DNA of 56,024 nucleotides from an uncultured archaeon (GTDB lineage Archaea > Aenigmatarchaeota > Aenigmatarchaeia > CG10238-14 > SCSR01), in the NCBI GenBank assembly GCA_964537835.1, contig CAZICS010000004.1, positions 1 to 56,024 of the forward strand. Reading direction: 5' to 3'. The translations under genes were made by a program, and so were the position numbers. The stretch's first letter is position 1. Each line of letters opens with the position of its first letter. The notes under the pieces are model-generated. The model saw nothing but the letters and a program-made list of their open reading frames with translations, was not told where the DNA came from and did not search any database. Shown here in pieces: positions 35,097 through 45,290 of this stretch.

Positions 35097-37421
35097 TTTT
35101 TTAAGCTCCTTTCTCTTCTGCTTCCATACCTTAAACAATTTTTCAACAGCTTCTATTACATTGACTTCCTTGCAATTGAGTAACTTGCAAGTTTCCTTCA
35201 AAATTTCTTCATTTTTTCTCAAATAATTTAAAGCTACTTCACCTGAACAAAACTCTATCCTTACTACGCCGTCAGCAATTCTCTTTGTTCTTAAAATAGA
35301 AATAAAACCTACTTCCTTGGTTGAATTGCAATGCAAGCCACCACAAGCTTCATGATCCTCGCCAACAGAAACAATTCTCAAGTTTTTTTCAGGAATTGGT
35401 CCTCCTTGATATATTATAAAACCATACCTCTGTTCTGCTTCTCCTCTAGGTAAAACCTCAATTTTAACTGGCAAATCTTTTTCAACAATCTCATTAGCAA
35501 GCTTCTCTATTTCCTCAACTTCCTTTTCGCTTAAAGCTTGGTAGTGAGTAATATCAAGCCTTGCCTTATCCACATCTTTTTCAGCTCCATACTGCCATAC
35601 ATGCTTTCCCAAAACTTTTCTTGCAGAATAGTTTATTATATGCGTAGCAGTATGATGTTTCCTCAAAATTTTTCTTCTTTCTCCATCAACTTTACAACTT
35701 ACAACTTTTCCTTCTTCTAGCTTGCTTGCAACTTTGTGAACAACTACTTTATCAATTTTTCGAACATCCAAAACTTCCACACCATCTATAAAACCCTTGT
35801 CATGCAATTGACCACCAGAAGTTGGGTAAAAGGCTGTTTGGTCTAAAACAACCCAGTTTTCAAAAACTTTTAAAACTTTTGCCTTAAATTCGAGCAAGTC
35901 AGGATTTTCGTAGAAGAAGAGTTTAGTTGCTGGCAATTCGCTAACATCAAAAGGAGTTTTTTCTTCTTTTTGCTTTTCTTTCATGTGCATTTCAGTAATT
36001 TTTGAATAGAAATCAAGAGGGATCTCTATTTTTAGGCCAGCTTCTTTTAATTGCTCGGGAGTGATTCCTTCGGAATCGTAAAGCTTAATCAATTCTTCCT
36101 CACTAGGAATTTTATTAGCTTTTACATAACTCTCAACAATTCTTTTACTTCTTTCTCTTGCTTGCTTATATCTCTCAATTTCAACTTCCAAAACTTTTTC
36201 TATCTGATCTTTACTTTCTTCGAGCTCCGGAAATAGTTTTTTAAGTTCGTCTACATGCCAGAAACAAACTTCTTTTAAATCTAAATCCCATTCAAACTTA
36301 TCTATAAAAGTTAGAGCTCTCCTTAAAATCACTCTTAAGTTATAACCTCCAGCTGTATTGCTCGGAATTCCTCCATCGCTTAGAGCAAAAACTAATGCTC
36401 TGGTATGGTCAGCTATAGAATATAAGGCTTGGAAAGGTTCAATTTTTTCTTTTAATTTTTCTACAGAAATTCCAATCTCTTTTGAAATATCTTTTAAAGC
36501 AGTCTCTATATTTTTAGATTCATCGACATTTATCCTTCCTGAAAGCTTGAAATACTTATTTAAAATCTCATCAGTCTCCAAACCACAAACCCTTTTCATT
36601 TTTTCTATGATACTTCCAAAAACTGCATCATAGCTCGTTAAAGTTCCCTGCGTAATCCAGCAAAATCTTTCTAATCCAGCTCCCATATCTATCACTTTTT
36701 TCTCCATTTCTCTGTAGCCTCCATTAATAAACTCGAACTCAGTAAAAACCGCATTTCCTAGTTCTAAACCTTGAACATGGTATTCCAGACTTGAACCAAA
36801 AGCAGTTGGTCCAAGCCATGCATCCTCGATAAAAACTATTTCAGCTGGCTTAATTCCAAAAACTTTTGTAAGCAAGTTAAAGTCTAATTCTATGCATTTA
36901 TCTTTCCAATAGCCTTTTTTTCCATCGAAGAGGGAGCTTTGCTGAATCATGAAAAAGCATGAGTAGCTTCTTGAGTTTAATCCAACATTCGGCAAATCGT
37001 TGAACCTCAAGCATGGCTGAGCTAGGATAGAAGGGTTTGCTGGAAACTCAAAATCAAGCTTGCTATTAGTTAATCTATAGAAGTTAACTATGCCTGCAAT
37101 AGTAAAGTATAAAGGAAACCATCTGCAAACCACAGGATATCTTTTGAGTAAGGTATGATTATTTTCAACAAAGAATTTCTCTATTTCTTTCCAAGTTTCG
37201 AAAAATCCAAGCTTTTTTCTTGTTGGGGGATTCCCTATGAATTCATATGGCTTGCAAGTCGCATCGTTGCAAACTTCCTGCTCGCTTAAGCTCCAGAAAA
37301 ACTTTCCACAATTTTTACATTTTCTTCTTTCGAAGCCAAGCTCGTCGAATAGCCTAACTTTCCAATATCTCTCTGGATTCTTTTGGAACTGTTTAATTAA
37401 ATTTTCTTTATTAAGTTCCAT
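35070..37421 (-). CDS. alaS: Alanine--tRNA ligase (lacks C-terminal DHHA1/C-Ala globular domain)
   Basis: YPVVCRW, QPCLR, GLELGNAVF, DMGAGLER, DHTRAL, editing HTATH and ACGGLH; ends shortly after the helical linker. Confidence 0.95.
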   Translation of the reverse strand: MELNKENLIKQFQKNPERYWKVRLFDELGFERRKCKNCGKFFWSLSEQEVCNDATCKPYEFIGNPPTRKKLGFFETWKEIEKFFVENNHTLLKRYPVVCRWFPLYFTIAGIVNFYRLTNSKLDFEFPANPSILAQPCLRFNDLPNVGLNSRSYSCFFMIQQSSLFDGKKGYWKDKCIELDFNLLTKVFGIKPAEIVFIEDAWLGPTAFGSSLEYHVQGLELGNAVFTEFEFINGGYREMEKKVIDMGAGLERFCWITQGTLTSYDAVFGSIIEKMKRVCGLETDEILNKYFKLSGRINVDESKNIETALKDISKEIGISVEKLKEKIEPFQALYSIADHTRALVFALSDGGIPSNTAGGYNLRVILRRALTFIDKFEWDLDLKEVCFWHVDELKKLFPELEESKDQIEKVLEVEIERYKQARERSKRIVESYVKANKIPSEEELIKLYDSEGITPEQLKEAGLKIEIPLDFYSKITEMHMKEKQKEEKTPFDVSELPATKLFFYENPDLLEFKAKVLKVFENWVVLDQTAFYPTSGGQLHDKGFIDGVEVLDVRKIDKVVVHKVASKLEEGKVVSCKVDGERRKILRKHHTATHIINYSARKVLGKHVWQYGAEKDVDKARLDITHYQALSEKEVEEIEKLANEIVEKDLPVKIEVLPRGEAEQRYGFIIYQGGPIPEKNLRIVSVGEDHEACGGLHCNSTKEVGFISILRTKRIADGVVRIEFCSGEVALNYLRKNEEILKETCKLLNCKEVNVIEAVEKLFKVWKQKRKELKKLAKKQIEE

Positions 37422-37428
37422 ACTCCCA

Positions 37429-38673
37429 CTAAATTCTTAGTGTTGAAAGTATAAGAGGATTTAGATTTGCAAAAAATAAAATAGTTGGTACTAATAACAC
37501 TCCCATACAATGGCTTCTTCTAATTCCTAAATAATTGCATAGCAAACCAATAGAAGCTGAAGTAAAAGCTATCAATAAACCAAAAATTCCAGTTAATGCA
37601 AAAATCATAGTCAATATAAAGATTATTACACACGAGCAAAGTACTCTATAATTCACTTTTTCCAAATACTTTGGAATTCGCTTCCCAAGGAATAAGGTTA
37701 GTATACCAGCTATTCCAGCTGAAAAACAAATCACTCCTATTAAATAAAAAACATCCCAAAAGGTTAGCTCGCTTAAAACCCTTTGGATTGCTACGCTTGC
37801 TCCAGATCGAGGATTTCCTACCAGAAATAAACTGATTAAAGAGAAAACTTCATTCCCCACATTTATACCGCTTAAAGTGACCAAAAAACTTCTTGCTTCT
37901 CCTCTACCTCCTAAATATTGTACCATAGTTGCTGCTTCACTTATTCCTATTGCTGGTAAAAAACCAACGATTATTCCTGCTATCGAGCCTAGAATTATCG
38001 ATTTAATTATTTCTTTATTCGAAATCTTTAAACTTTCGTCCCTAGCTTGCTTCGGAATGCTTGCTCTCTGAGAAATGCTTACTATCAAAGTTGGTAAGCC
38101 AAATAACCCGGTTAAAACTGGGAATAGAACATTTTGTTGGTTGACTAAGGAAGAATTTAGAGTTATTATCCCTAAAAATCCAGAGAGTAAAATTATTAGC
38201 GAAGCCGAAATCATTTTCCTCTTTCCTTTCTCTGAAACTATCATAAAAATTATAACAGCGATTATTAGCCAATGAATCCATGGTCTAGAAATTTTGTATA
38301 AGATTTTAAAAGCCTGTGCAAAAAATGAGAGTAGGAATAGCGTTGCTATTAATGCACCTATTCCTCCTATCACCGCTAGTTTAATAGCCTCATACCCCCT
38401 TCCTTCTAGGAGCAATCTATGGCCTGGTAAAACGGATAAGGCTGTATCAGCTTCTGGAGCTCCAATAAAAATGCTTGAAATAAAGTTAACAAAAATTTCC
38501 GTAATGGCTGTTGAAACTATTAAAACAGCTAGAGAATAAGGCTGAAATTTAAAAACTATTCCAAGAAATAAAATAGAAGGCAATAAGGTATTTATATGCA
38601 TGCCAGGTACTACTCCTGCAAAGATTCCTATTCCAATTCCAGCCAAACAAAAAATTAGAGTTTCAAGAAACAT
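37429..38673 (-). CDS. TctA/DUF112-family membrane permease (archaeal)
   Basis: GIFAGVVPGMHIN, SIFIGAP, SVLPGH, GFLPAIG, GNPRSG; about 11-12 TM segments. Confidence 0.85.
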   Translation of the reverse strand: MFLETLIFCLAGIGIGIFAGVVPGMHINTLLPSILFLGIVFKFQPYSLAVLIVSTAITEIFVNFISSIFIGAPEADTALSVLPGHRLLLEGRGYEAIKLAVIGGIGALIATLFLLSFFAQAFKILYKISRPWIHWLIIAVIIFMIVSEKGKRKMISASLIILLSGFLGIITLNSSLVNQQNVLFPVLTGLFGLPTLIVSISQRASIPKQARDESLKISNKEIIKSIILGSIAGIIVGFLPAIGISEAATMVQYLGGRGEARSFLVTLSGINVGNEVFSLISLFLVGNPRSGASVAIQRVLSELTFWDVFYLIGVICFSAGIAGILTLFLGKRIPKYLEKVNYRVLCSCVIIFILTMIFALTGIFGLLIAFTSASIGLLCNYLGIRRSHCMGVLLVPTILFFANLNPLILSTLRI

Positions 38674-39064
38674 GATTCAACCTTATATCCTCAACCTTCC
38701 TAGGAATAATTTGTAATTGGCCTCTATACTCGCTAACCAAGCCTGCGATTACCAATTTATCTCCGACAGAAAAGTTTTCTTCAGTTATTCCTTTTTCTCT
38801 AAGCTTATTCATTAAACCTGCAAATATCGGAACTTGTATTTTTGATCTTCGAGCCTCTAAAGTTAAGAATAGATGGCCTGCAGAATGCACTTTTTTATAG
38901 ACTATCTTCCCTTCACTAGTTACACTTCTTCCAATCAAATCAAAGCTTATTTCACTCAACTCCACTTTAATTGGCTGGAGGTTTATGGCGGCCAAGTAAA
39001 TTAAAACTAAGCCTATAATCGAGCAAATAAAGCAAATAAGCGTTAGATTTATTCTTAAATTCAT
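38663..39064 (-). CDS. Membrane-anchored OB-fold nucleic-acid-binding protein
   Basis: N-terminal TM helix, then GRSVTSEGKI...HLFLTL...IQVPIF...GDKLVIAGLVSEYRGQLQIIP. Confidence 0.78.
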   Translation of the reverse strand: MNLRINLTLICFICSIIGLVLIYLAAINLQPIKVELSEISFDLIGRSVTSEGKIVYKKVHSAGHLFLTLEARRSKIQVPIFAGLMNKLREKGITEENFSVGDKLVIAGLVSEYRGQLQIIPRKVEDIRLNHVS

Positions 39065-39127
39065 GAAGAAGAAATTAGCCTAAAACTCAAATATAGAATT
39101 AGAACTTTAAAGGTAGTAAATTTTAAG

Positions 39128-39706
39128 TTAGCAGGTTACATGAATGTAAGCAACGACCTTTTCATTCTTTTCATGCAATCTGTTAAAAGCTTCTATTGCA
39201 TCTGGTGTAAGGAGATTTATAATTCTTATTCCTTTTAGTTCAGCTAATTTTAAAACTTCTGGAGAAATTCTTAAACAACCTTCAAACCCTCTTCCAAAAA
39301 CAATTATTTTTGGATCTTCAACCAGCATCAAGTTAAATTCTTTCTTTGAAATCAAATGTCTAGTTTTAAGTCTCCCTTCTTGGATCAAGCCTTTATAGGA
39401 AACTATAACATCATGGTTGTATCTTCTGTTGTTAATAACTATAGAACCGAATTCAACAGAGTTTATTTTTATTGAAGCTTGCATCCTATTCCCAAACTTT
39501 ATCCTTCTTTTCATCTTAACAAAAGTTCTGAATAGCTTGTCTCTCTTTCTATCCCTAACTTTTAAATTTTCAATAGGCTCTTCTAAGTATTTTATCAGGA
39601 CATCCTCTATGATCTTAGATTTTGGTATATCTATGCTTATACCAGTTTCTTTCCTCCATTTTTCAACAACCTTCTTCACAAGCTCTTCGCTTAACTCGGG
39701 TCTCAC
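39128..39706 (-). CDS. MTH938/DUF498-domain protein with N-terminal extension
   Basis: INSVEFGSIVINNRRYNHDVIV, IIVFGRG, LTPDAIEAFN, C-terminal IHVTC. Confidence 0.8.
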   Translation of the reverse strand: MRPELSEELVKKVVEKWRKETGISIDIPKSKIIEDVLIKYLEEPIENLKVRDRKRDKLFRTFVKMKRRIKFGNRMQASIKINSVEFGSIVINNRRYNHDVIVSYKGLIQEGRLKTRHLISKKEFNLMLVEDPKIIVFGRGFEGCLRISPEVLKLAELKGIRIINLLTPDAIEAFNRLHEKNEKVVAYIHVTC

Positions 39707-39767
39707 TGTACATATTTGTACAAAAGTGTACTTAAAACTTTTTAAAGCATTTTCTAACCTTCCAAAT

Positions 39768-39953
39768 ATGGGAAAAATAGAAGTTTATGGTATGATTAGG
39801 ATTCATCCGGTAGAAGAATTGGAGAAAGAAATTCAAAAAGTTTTGGAGAAAACCTATGGGAGAGAAAACTTTTTGCCTACCGTAAAAATATGGCTACCAT
39901 ACAAACCACCAAATTCAGATTGTAAAAACTCAAAAGAAGATAAGGCTAAATAA
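39768..39953 (+). CDS. Small hypothetical protein
   Basis: ATG at 39768 (MGKIEVYGMIRIHP...) with normal K/E composition; the upstream part of track ORF 39417 is antisense shadow. Confidence 0.45.
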   Translation: MGKIEVYGMIRIHPVEELEKEIQKVLEKTYGRENFLPTVKIWLPYKPPNSDCKNSKEDKAK

Positions 39954-39995
39954 GTATTGTGAAAAAAACTTAACTTTAAGCTAGTCCTAAAGAAA

Positions 39996-40637
39996 ATGCC
40001 ACTTTCATTGCTTTATTTTGCTTTCGGCTATTTGCTCGGATTTTTGATCACTCCTCTCCTTTTCTTCTTGAATAAAAGTTTTCTTGAATTTATTTTAAAC
40101 ATTTGGAGTAAAAGAATTCTTTTTGGAATTAATTTCTTTCCAAAGGGTTATTGGTTTATCTTTAACAATCTCTTTGTATTAGCCCTAGCCATAGTTTCAA
40201 TCTTACTGATAGCTATGTATGTTACCCAAACTCCTGACTATAAGTTAACGAAGAAATTTAAAGTTTCGAAGAAGAAAAGAACGAAAATAGTTCTTTTTGG
40301 CCTATATTTGATACCAGCCGGCTCTTTAATCCTAAACAGCTTTTTAATTTCTCTTTTTTTAACCTACATTTCCTTGAATTTTGGAATTTTAAAATTTTTA
40401 GAACTTGCTAAGCTAATTCTGAATTATGCCTTTTTTGAATTGCTTGCTCTATTCCTCGCAACCTCTTTAGGCTTCGCTTATCTTGAGATTTTATCTCCAT
40501 TTATCTTAAAAGGAAGCTGGAAGAAGTGTAAAGAAATTGGTAAAAAGTTGCTTTTTTCTAGAACTACTGCTTTAACCTTATCTCTAGTTTTTACTTTAAT
40601 CGTAATTGCCGGAATTTTAGAAGGGAGTTTCATTTAA
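39996..40637 (+). CDS. Multi-pass membrane protein (SpoIIM-like)
   Basis: IFNN, FFELLALFLATSLG, LIVIAGILEG resemble the SpoIIM/DUF95 pattern. Confidence 0.5.
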   Translation: MPLSLLYFAFGYLLGFLITPLLFFLNKSFLEFILNIWSKRILFGINFFPKGYWFIFNNLFVLALAIVSILLIAMYVTQTPDYKLTKKFKVSKKKRTKIVLFGLYLIPAGSLILNSFLISLFLTYISLNFGILKFLELAKLILNYAFFELLALFLATSLGFAYLEILSPFILKGSWKKCKEIGKKLLFSRTTALTLSLVFTLIVIAGILEGSFI

Positions 40638-43635
40638 TCCTTTCAAAAGCTATTTCCACAAGCTTTTCCTTAAATTCTAGCTTCCCTTTAAACTCTCCTT
40701 TGAGCTCGCCTACTTTAACTTCGCTTGCTCCAACTTCTCTCTTCAAATCTTCTAAATATTTTTCAAGAATTCTGTTCGTATTTTCATCTGAACTTAAAGT
40801 CAAATAAATCCTTTCCTTGACATGAAAACCAAAATCTTTTCTTAGGGATTGGACTTTTCTTATCAATTCTCTTATCAAACACTCCTCTAAAATTTCTTCA
40901 TCCAATTTTTTATCCACTAAAACAAAGCCAAGCTTAAACTCTCCCTCGCTAAATTCTCCCTCTGGCTTTTCCTTTTCTGTTAAACATTCCTTGCAATTGC
41001 ACATTTTAACCAAAATTTCATTCAATTCTTTAACAACCTCTTCAACCAATTTTTCTTCGGAAACTATTACAACTTTTCTAACAGGCCATCTCAGCTTAAT
41101 ATTTTCTTTCTGTCTTGCAGAATAGCAAGCTTCGATTATTTCTCTCGCAACTTCCACTTTTTTCTCCAGCTCCCTATCTATTAACTTTTCATCCGGCAGA
41201 GGCCACTTACATAAATGAACAGATTTTTCTTCTTCCTTTCCATAACCTTTCAAATTTTGGTAAATTTCTTCTGAAATAAAGGGAGTTATTGGCGCTAGAA
41301 TTTTAGCTAATCCTATTAAAACTCGATAAAGGCAATTTAGTGCAACTTGCTTATCTTGATTAGCCTTTGAAACCCAAACTCTGTCCCTTATAAGCTTGAT
41401 GTAGAAATGACTTAGGTCTTTTATTATGAAATTTGCTATTTTTCTTCCAGCCAGATGGAACTCAAAATTTTCTAAATGTTCAGTTATTTCCTTTATTAAA
41501 CTATTCAGCTTTGATAAAATCCATCTATCCTCCAGCTTGAACTCGGGGTTTTCTAGTAAATTAAATTCAGCTCCATACAAAACGAAAAAGGAATAACAAT
41601 TCCAGAGAATGTTCATGGCTTTTTTGATTTCGTTAGCGGTTTTAAAGCTAAAGTTTTGCTGTTCCCAAGGCGCAACTTCCCAACAATAGTAAAATCTTAA
41701 TACATCTGCTCCAAGCTTTTCAAAAGCTTCTTGAGCCCAGACTACATTGCCCAAGGATTTGCTCATCTTTTCCCCCTTTTCGTCCAAAACCCAGCCGTTC
41801 ATGCAAACTGTTTTGAAAGGGGATTCGTCGAAAATGGCAGTGCCGCAAAACATTAGGCTGTAGAACCATCCTCTTATTTGATCTTGACTTTCATCTATCA
41901 AGTCAACTGGCCAGAGCTTTTCAAACGTTTCTTTATTCTTGAAAGGATAGCCTAGGGATGCCCAAGGAGCTATTCCTGAATCGAACCAGACGTCTAATAT
42001 ATCAGGAACTCTTCGCATATCTGAATCGCAATTGGGGCATGTAAGCTTTATTCTATCCACTACATGCTTATGTAAATCTAAATTTTCAGGCAATTTCTCT
42101 TTCGCTTTTCTTTTCAATTCTTCTACTGAACCAATAACCTCTATCTTCCCACATTTCTCGCAAATCCAGATTGGTAAAGGAATCCCCCAGTATCTCTGCC
42201 TAGAAATACACCAGTCTACAGCATCCCTCAGCCAATTTCTAAATCTCTCCTTTCCAAAAGGAGGTAGCCATCTAACTTTTTCATTTTCCTTTAGCATTCT
42301 TTCTTTTATCAAGTCAACTGACAAAAACCATTGTTTGGTTAGCCTGAAAATTAGCGGCGATTTGCAGCGCCAGCATAAGGGATAAGAATGAACTATCCAG
42401 CCGAAGTGGAGCAAATAACCTTTTTTCTCAAGCTTTTCAACGATTTTTTTATCAGCTTCTTTAACGAACAATCCTTTAAATTCTCCTGCTTCCCCTGTAA
42501 ACTTGCCTTCATCATCTATGGGAGAAACTACTGGTAGCTTGTAATGCTGACCTATATAGTAATCTTCCGGCCCATGCCCAGGAGCTACATGAACACAGCC
42601 AGAACCTTCGTCAGCATTAACAAAATCGAAGAATTCTGCCTTCATTTCAGCTGCTTTTTCTAGGATACCATGCTTGTAAGATTTTGATTTCAGGACAGGA
42701 ATTGATAGAATTATCCTATGTGCATTCGCTTCGGCTTTCAGCTTCTCTTGAACGGGAACTTTTAAAACTGGCAAGTATTTTAAACCAACCAATTCTTTAC
42801 CCAAAAATTTTTCCTCGATTTCATAATCAGCCTTGACCAAATCTTTCAGGACTGCTTCAACCCTTTTTTCAGAAATTATAAGCTTTTCTCTTCCAACTTT
42901 TACCTTAACATAATACTCGTTTGGATGGACTGCTATCGCAACATTGCTCACTAGAGTCCAGGGAGTGGTTGTAGAAATAACTATATATTCGTTTTGCTTG
43001 CCAGCTAGCTGAAACTTAACGTAAATGTAAGGGTCTTTAACTTGAGCGTAGCTGTCAGTAACTTCATAGCCAGCTAATGCAGTTTGGCAATGAGGACACC
43101 AATAGGTTGGTTTTTCTCCTTGATAGAGCATCCCCTTTTCTGCCATTTGCTTAAAACTCCACCAGGCTGATTCTATGTAATAGTTTTCTAGAGTAAGATA
43201 AGGATTAACCCAGCCTCTCCATGCTCCAAGCTTTTTGTAAAGCTGGAGCCAAAGCTTTTCATTCCCCTGAGCCTTTTCCCTACATTTCTTAATGAAATTT
43301 TCTACTCCAACCTTCTCCTCTATATCTTTTTTAGAAGTTATTCCAAGCTCTTTTTCAACCATGTTTTCTATTGGCAAGCCATGACAATCGAAGCCTGGTT
43401 GAAACCAGGCCGAAAAACCTTGCATGAACTTAAACTTAGACCAAATGTCTTTCAAAGTAGTTGTTTTTATATGGCCGACATGAGGCTCAGCGTTAACATA
43501 AGGAGGACCATCTAAAAGATAAAATTTTTTTCTCTGAGGATCAAACCTTACTATCTTTTGAGGTATTCTATTAGCTTCCCAGAATTGCATTATTTTTTGT
43601 TCTACTGCTTTTGGATTGTAGTAGGTTTCTGGCAT
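40630..43635 (-). CDS. ileS: Isoleucine--tRNA ligase
   Basis: DGPPY...HVGH, GFDCHGLPIE, TTTPWTL, WCISRQRYWGIPLP, DQIRGWF, KMSKSLGN. Confidence 0.97.
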   Translation of the reverse strand: MPETYYNPKAVEQKIMQFWEANRIPQKIVRFDPQRKKFYLLDGPPYVNAEPHVGHIKTTTLKDIWSKFKFMQGFSAWFQPGFDCHGLPIENMVEKELGITSKKDIEEKVGVENFIKKCREKAQGNEKLWLQLYKKLGAWRGWVNPYLTLENYYIESAWWSFKQMAEKGMLYQGEKPTYWCPHCQTALAGYEVTDSYAQVKDPYIYVKFQLAGKQNEYIVISTTTPWTLVSNVAIAVHPNEYYVKVKVGREKLIISEKRVEAVLKDLVKADYEIEEKFLGKELVGLKYLPVLKVPVQEKLKAEANAHRIILSIPVLKSKSYKHGILEKAAEMKAEFFDFVNADEGSGCVHVAPGHGPEDYYIGQHYKLPVVSPIDDEGKFTGEAGEFKGLFVKEADKKIVEKLEKKGYLLHFGWIVHSYPLCWRCKSPLIFRLTKQWFLSVDLIKERMLKENEKVRWLPPFGKERFRNWLRDAVDWCISRQRYWGIPLPIWICEKCGKIEVIGSVEELKRKAKEKLPENLDLHKHVVDRIKLTCPNCDSDMRRVPDILDVWFDSGIAPWASLGYPFKNKETFEKLWPVDLIDESQDQIRGWFYSLMFCGTAIFDESPFKTVCMNGWVLDEKGEKMSKSLGNVVWAQEAFEKLGADVLRFYYCWEVAPWEQQNFSFKTANEIKKAMNILWNCYSFFVLYGAEFNLLENPEFKLEDRWILSKLNSLIKEITEHLENFEFHLAGRKIANFIIKDLSHFYIKLIRDRVWVSKANQDKQVALNCLYRVLIGLAKILAPITPFISEEIYQNLKGYGKEEEKSVHLCKWPLPDEKLIDRELEKKVEVAREIIEACYSARQKENIKLRWPVRKVVIVSEEKLVEEVVKELNEILVKMCNCKECLTEKEKPEGEFSEGEFKLGFVLVDKKLDEEILEECLIRELIRKVQSLRKDFGFHVKERIYLTLSSDENTNRILEKYLEDLKREVGASEVKVGELKGEFKGKLEFKEKLVEIAFERIK

Positions 43636-43721
43636 AGAATAAACTTTAGGATTTGAATTAAATAAAAATTTTGGGAAAATTTACCTTATAAGATAAAAAA
43701 ATTAAAAACTAATTGATTGGC

Positions 43722-45029
43722 ATGAAATTCAAACCATTAAAAGGAACAAAGGATTTTTTGCCAGCTGAAATGATTTTGAGGCAGCAAGTAATAGAAAAAA
43801 TTAAAACTATTTTTGAAAATTTTGGTTTCCAGCCTTTAGAAACTCCTGCCCTTGAAAGCTGGGAAGTTTTAGCTGCAAAAGGTGCTGGAGGGGAGGAGAT
43901 CCTAAAAGAAACTTATAGTTTTGAAGATAGAGGAGGGAGAAAAATTGGGTTGAGGTATGATTTAACAGTTCCTTTGGCCAGGGTAGTAGCTCAAAATCCT
44001 GATTTGCCTTTGCCTTTTAAAAGATATCAAATCCAAAAAGTTTGGAGGTATGGGGATGTAGCGAAGGGGAGGCTAAGAGAATTTTTGCAATGCGATATAG
44101 ATATAGTTGGCTCAGCAAGCATGCTTGCAGACGCAGAAATAATAGCTTGTGCAATAGCTTGCTTAAAAGCATTGGGTTTTGAGGATTTTGTGGTTAGGTT
44201 AAACAACAGAAAAATTTTGAATGCTTTGGTTAAATATGCGGGGATAGAAGCTGCTAAGGTTCTAGATGTTTTAAGAAGTATTGATAAGCTAGAAAAAATT
44301 GGAAGAGGAGGAGTTAAAAAAGAACTAAAAGAAAAAAAAATTCCTGAGAAATCTATAGGGAAAATTTTTGAACTAATTGAAATTAAAGGTACTCCAGATG
44401 AAATTTTTGAAAGAGTTGAAAAGCTAATTAAAGATTTTGAAGAAGGTATAGAAGGAATAAATGAATTGAAAGAATTGATAGCATGGCTTGAACGAATGAA
44501 ATGTTCAAAATATGTAAAAATTGATTTGAGTTTGGCAAGAGGATTAGATTATTATACTGGCCCTATATTCGAATTTTTTGCTGAAAAAGGAATAGGAAGT
44601 ATTGCAGCAGGTGGAAGGTATGATAAGCTTATTGGTTTATTTGCTAAAAAAGATTTGCCAGCAACAGGAGTTTCTTTGGGTATAGAAAGAATAATAGAGG
44701 TTATGAAAGAGAGAAAGATGATTGAAACAAAGAAATGTAAGACCAAAGTTTTTGTTGCATGCGCGAGTGATGAAGTAAGAAATAAAATTTTAGAAATTGT
44801 TTTCATGCTAAGGGAAAATGGAATTCCAACAGATTTTGATTTGAGAGGAAGAAATCTAACCAGGCAATTGAAATATGCAGATTCTCTAGGGATTCCCTAT
44901 GTAATTATAGTTGGAAAGAAAGAGTTAGAAGCTGGAAAGGTGAAAATAAGGAAGATGGATGAGAAAAAGGAATTAGAGCTAGAAATTGATGAAATTTTAA
45001 AATTTTTCGAGAAGGGTAGTTTGAGCTAA
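43722..45029 (+). CDS. hisS: Histidine--tRNA ligase
   Basis: LKGTKDF, LRYDLTVPLAR, GRLREFLQCDID, LARGLDYYTG, GGRYD, GIERI. Confidence 0.97.
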   Translation: MKFKPLKGTKDFLPAEMILRQQVIEKIKTIFENFGFQPLETPALESWEVLAAKGAGGEEILKETYSFEDRGGRKIGLRYDLTVPLARVVAQNPDLPLPFKRYQIQKVWRYGDVAKGRLREFLQCDIDIVGSASMLADAEIIACAIACLKALGFEDFVVRLNNRKILNALVKYAGIEAAKVLDVLRSIDKLEKIGRGGVKKELKEKKIPEKSIGKIFELIEIKGTPDEIFERVEKLIKDFEEGIEGINELKELIAWLERMKCSKYVKIDLSLARGLDYYTGPIFEFFAEKGIGSIAAGGRYDKLIGLFAKKDLPATGVSLGIERIIEVMKERKMIETKKCKTKVFVACASDEVRNKILEIVFMLRENGIPTDFDLRGRNLTRQLKYADSLGIPYVIIVGKKELEAGKVKIRKMDEKKELELEIDEILKFFEKGSLS

Positions 45030-45052
45030 AGGAAAGCTAATTCCTGAATATT

Positions 45053-45172
45053 TTAAGCAATTCTTCTTCCTGAGTAATAAGTTTCTTCAATCACTAACCC
45101 GCATTTCTTGCAAACTAGACCTTCGTCAGTTAGTTCCAGCTTTTCACTTCCGCACTCTGGGCAACTGTTCAT
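45053..45172 (-). CDS. Stand-alone TFIIB-type zinc-ribbon microprotein (39 aa)
   Basis: MNSCPECGSEKLELTDEGLVCKKCGLVIEE; ATG at 45172. Confidence 0.75.
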   Translation of the reverse strand: MNSCPECGSEKLELTDEGLVCKKCGLVIEETYYSGRRIA

Positions 45173-45290
45173 GATTAAAGGGTAAAATAAAAATTTTAAA
45201 TAGATTTCTATGAGCAAATATGGAAATCTTGAAATAAAGTTTATCAAAAATATTTTTCTTTAAGCTTTTCCTTCAAGAAGCCTAAAAGGA

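Noticed and set aside
39417-39767. 5' part of track ORF 39417-39953
   Set aside because: Antisense to the MTH938 gene with shadow composition; only the part from ATG 39768 looks coding.
45173-45247. N-terminal extension of the Zn-ribbon ORF
   Set aside because: Reads through AT-rich intergenic DNA; ATG 45172 gives a clean Zn-ribbon start.
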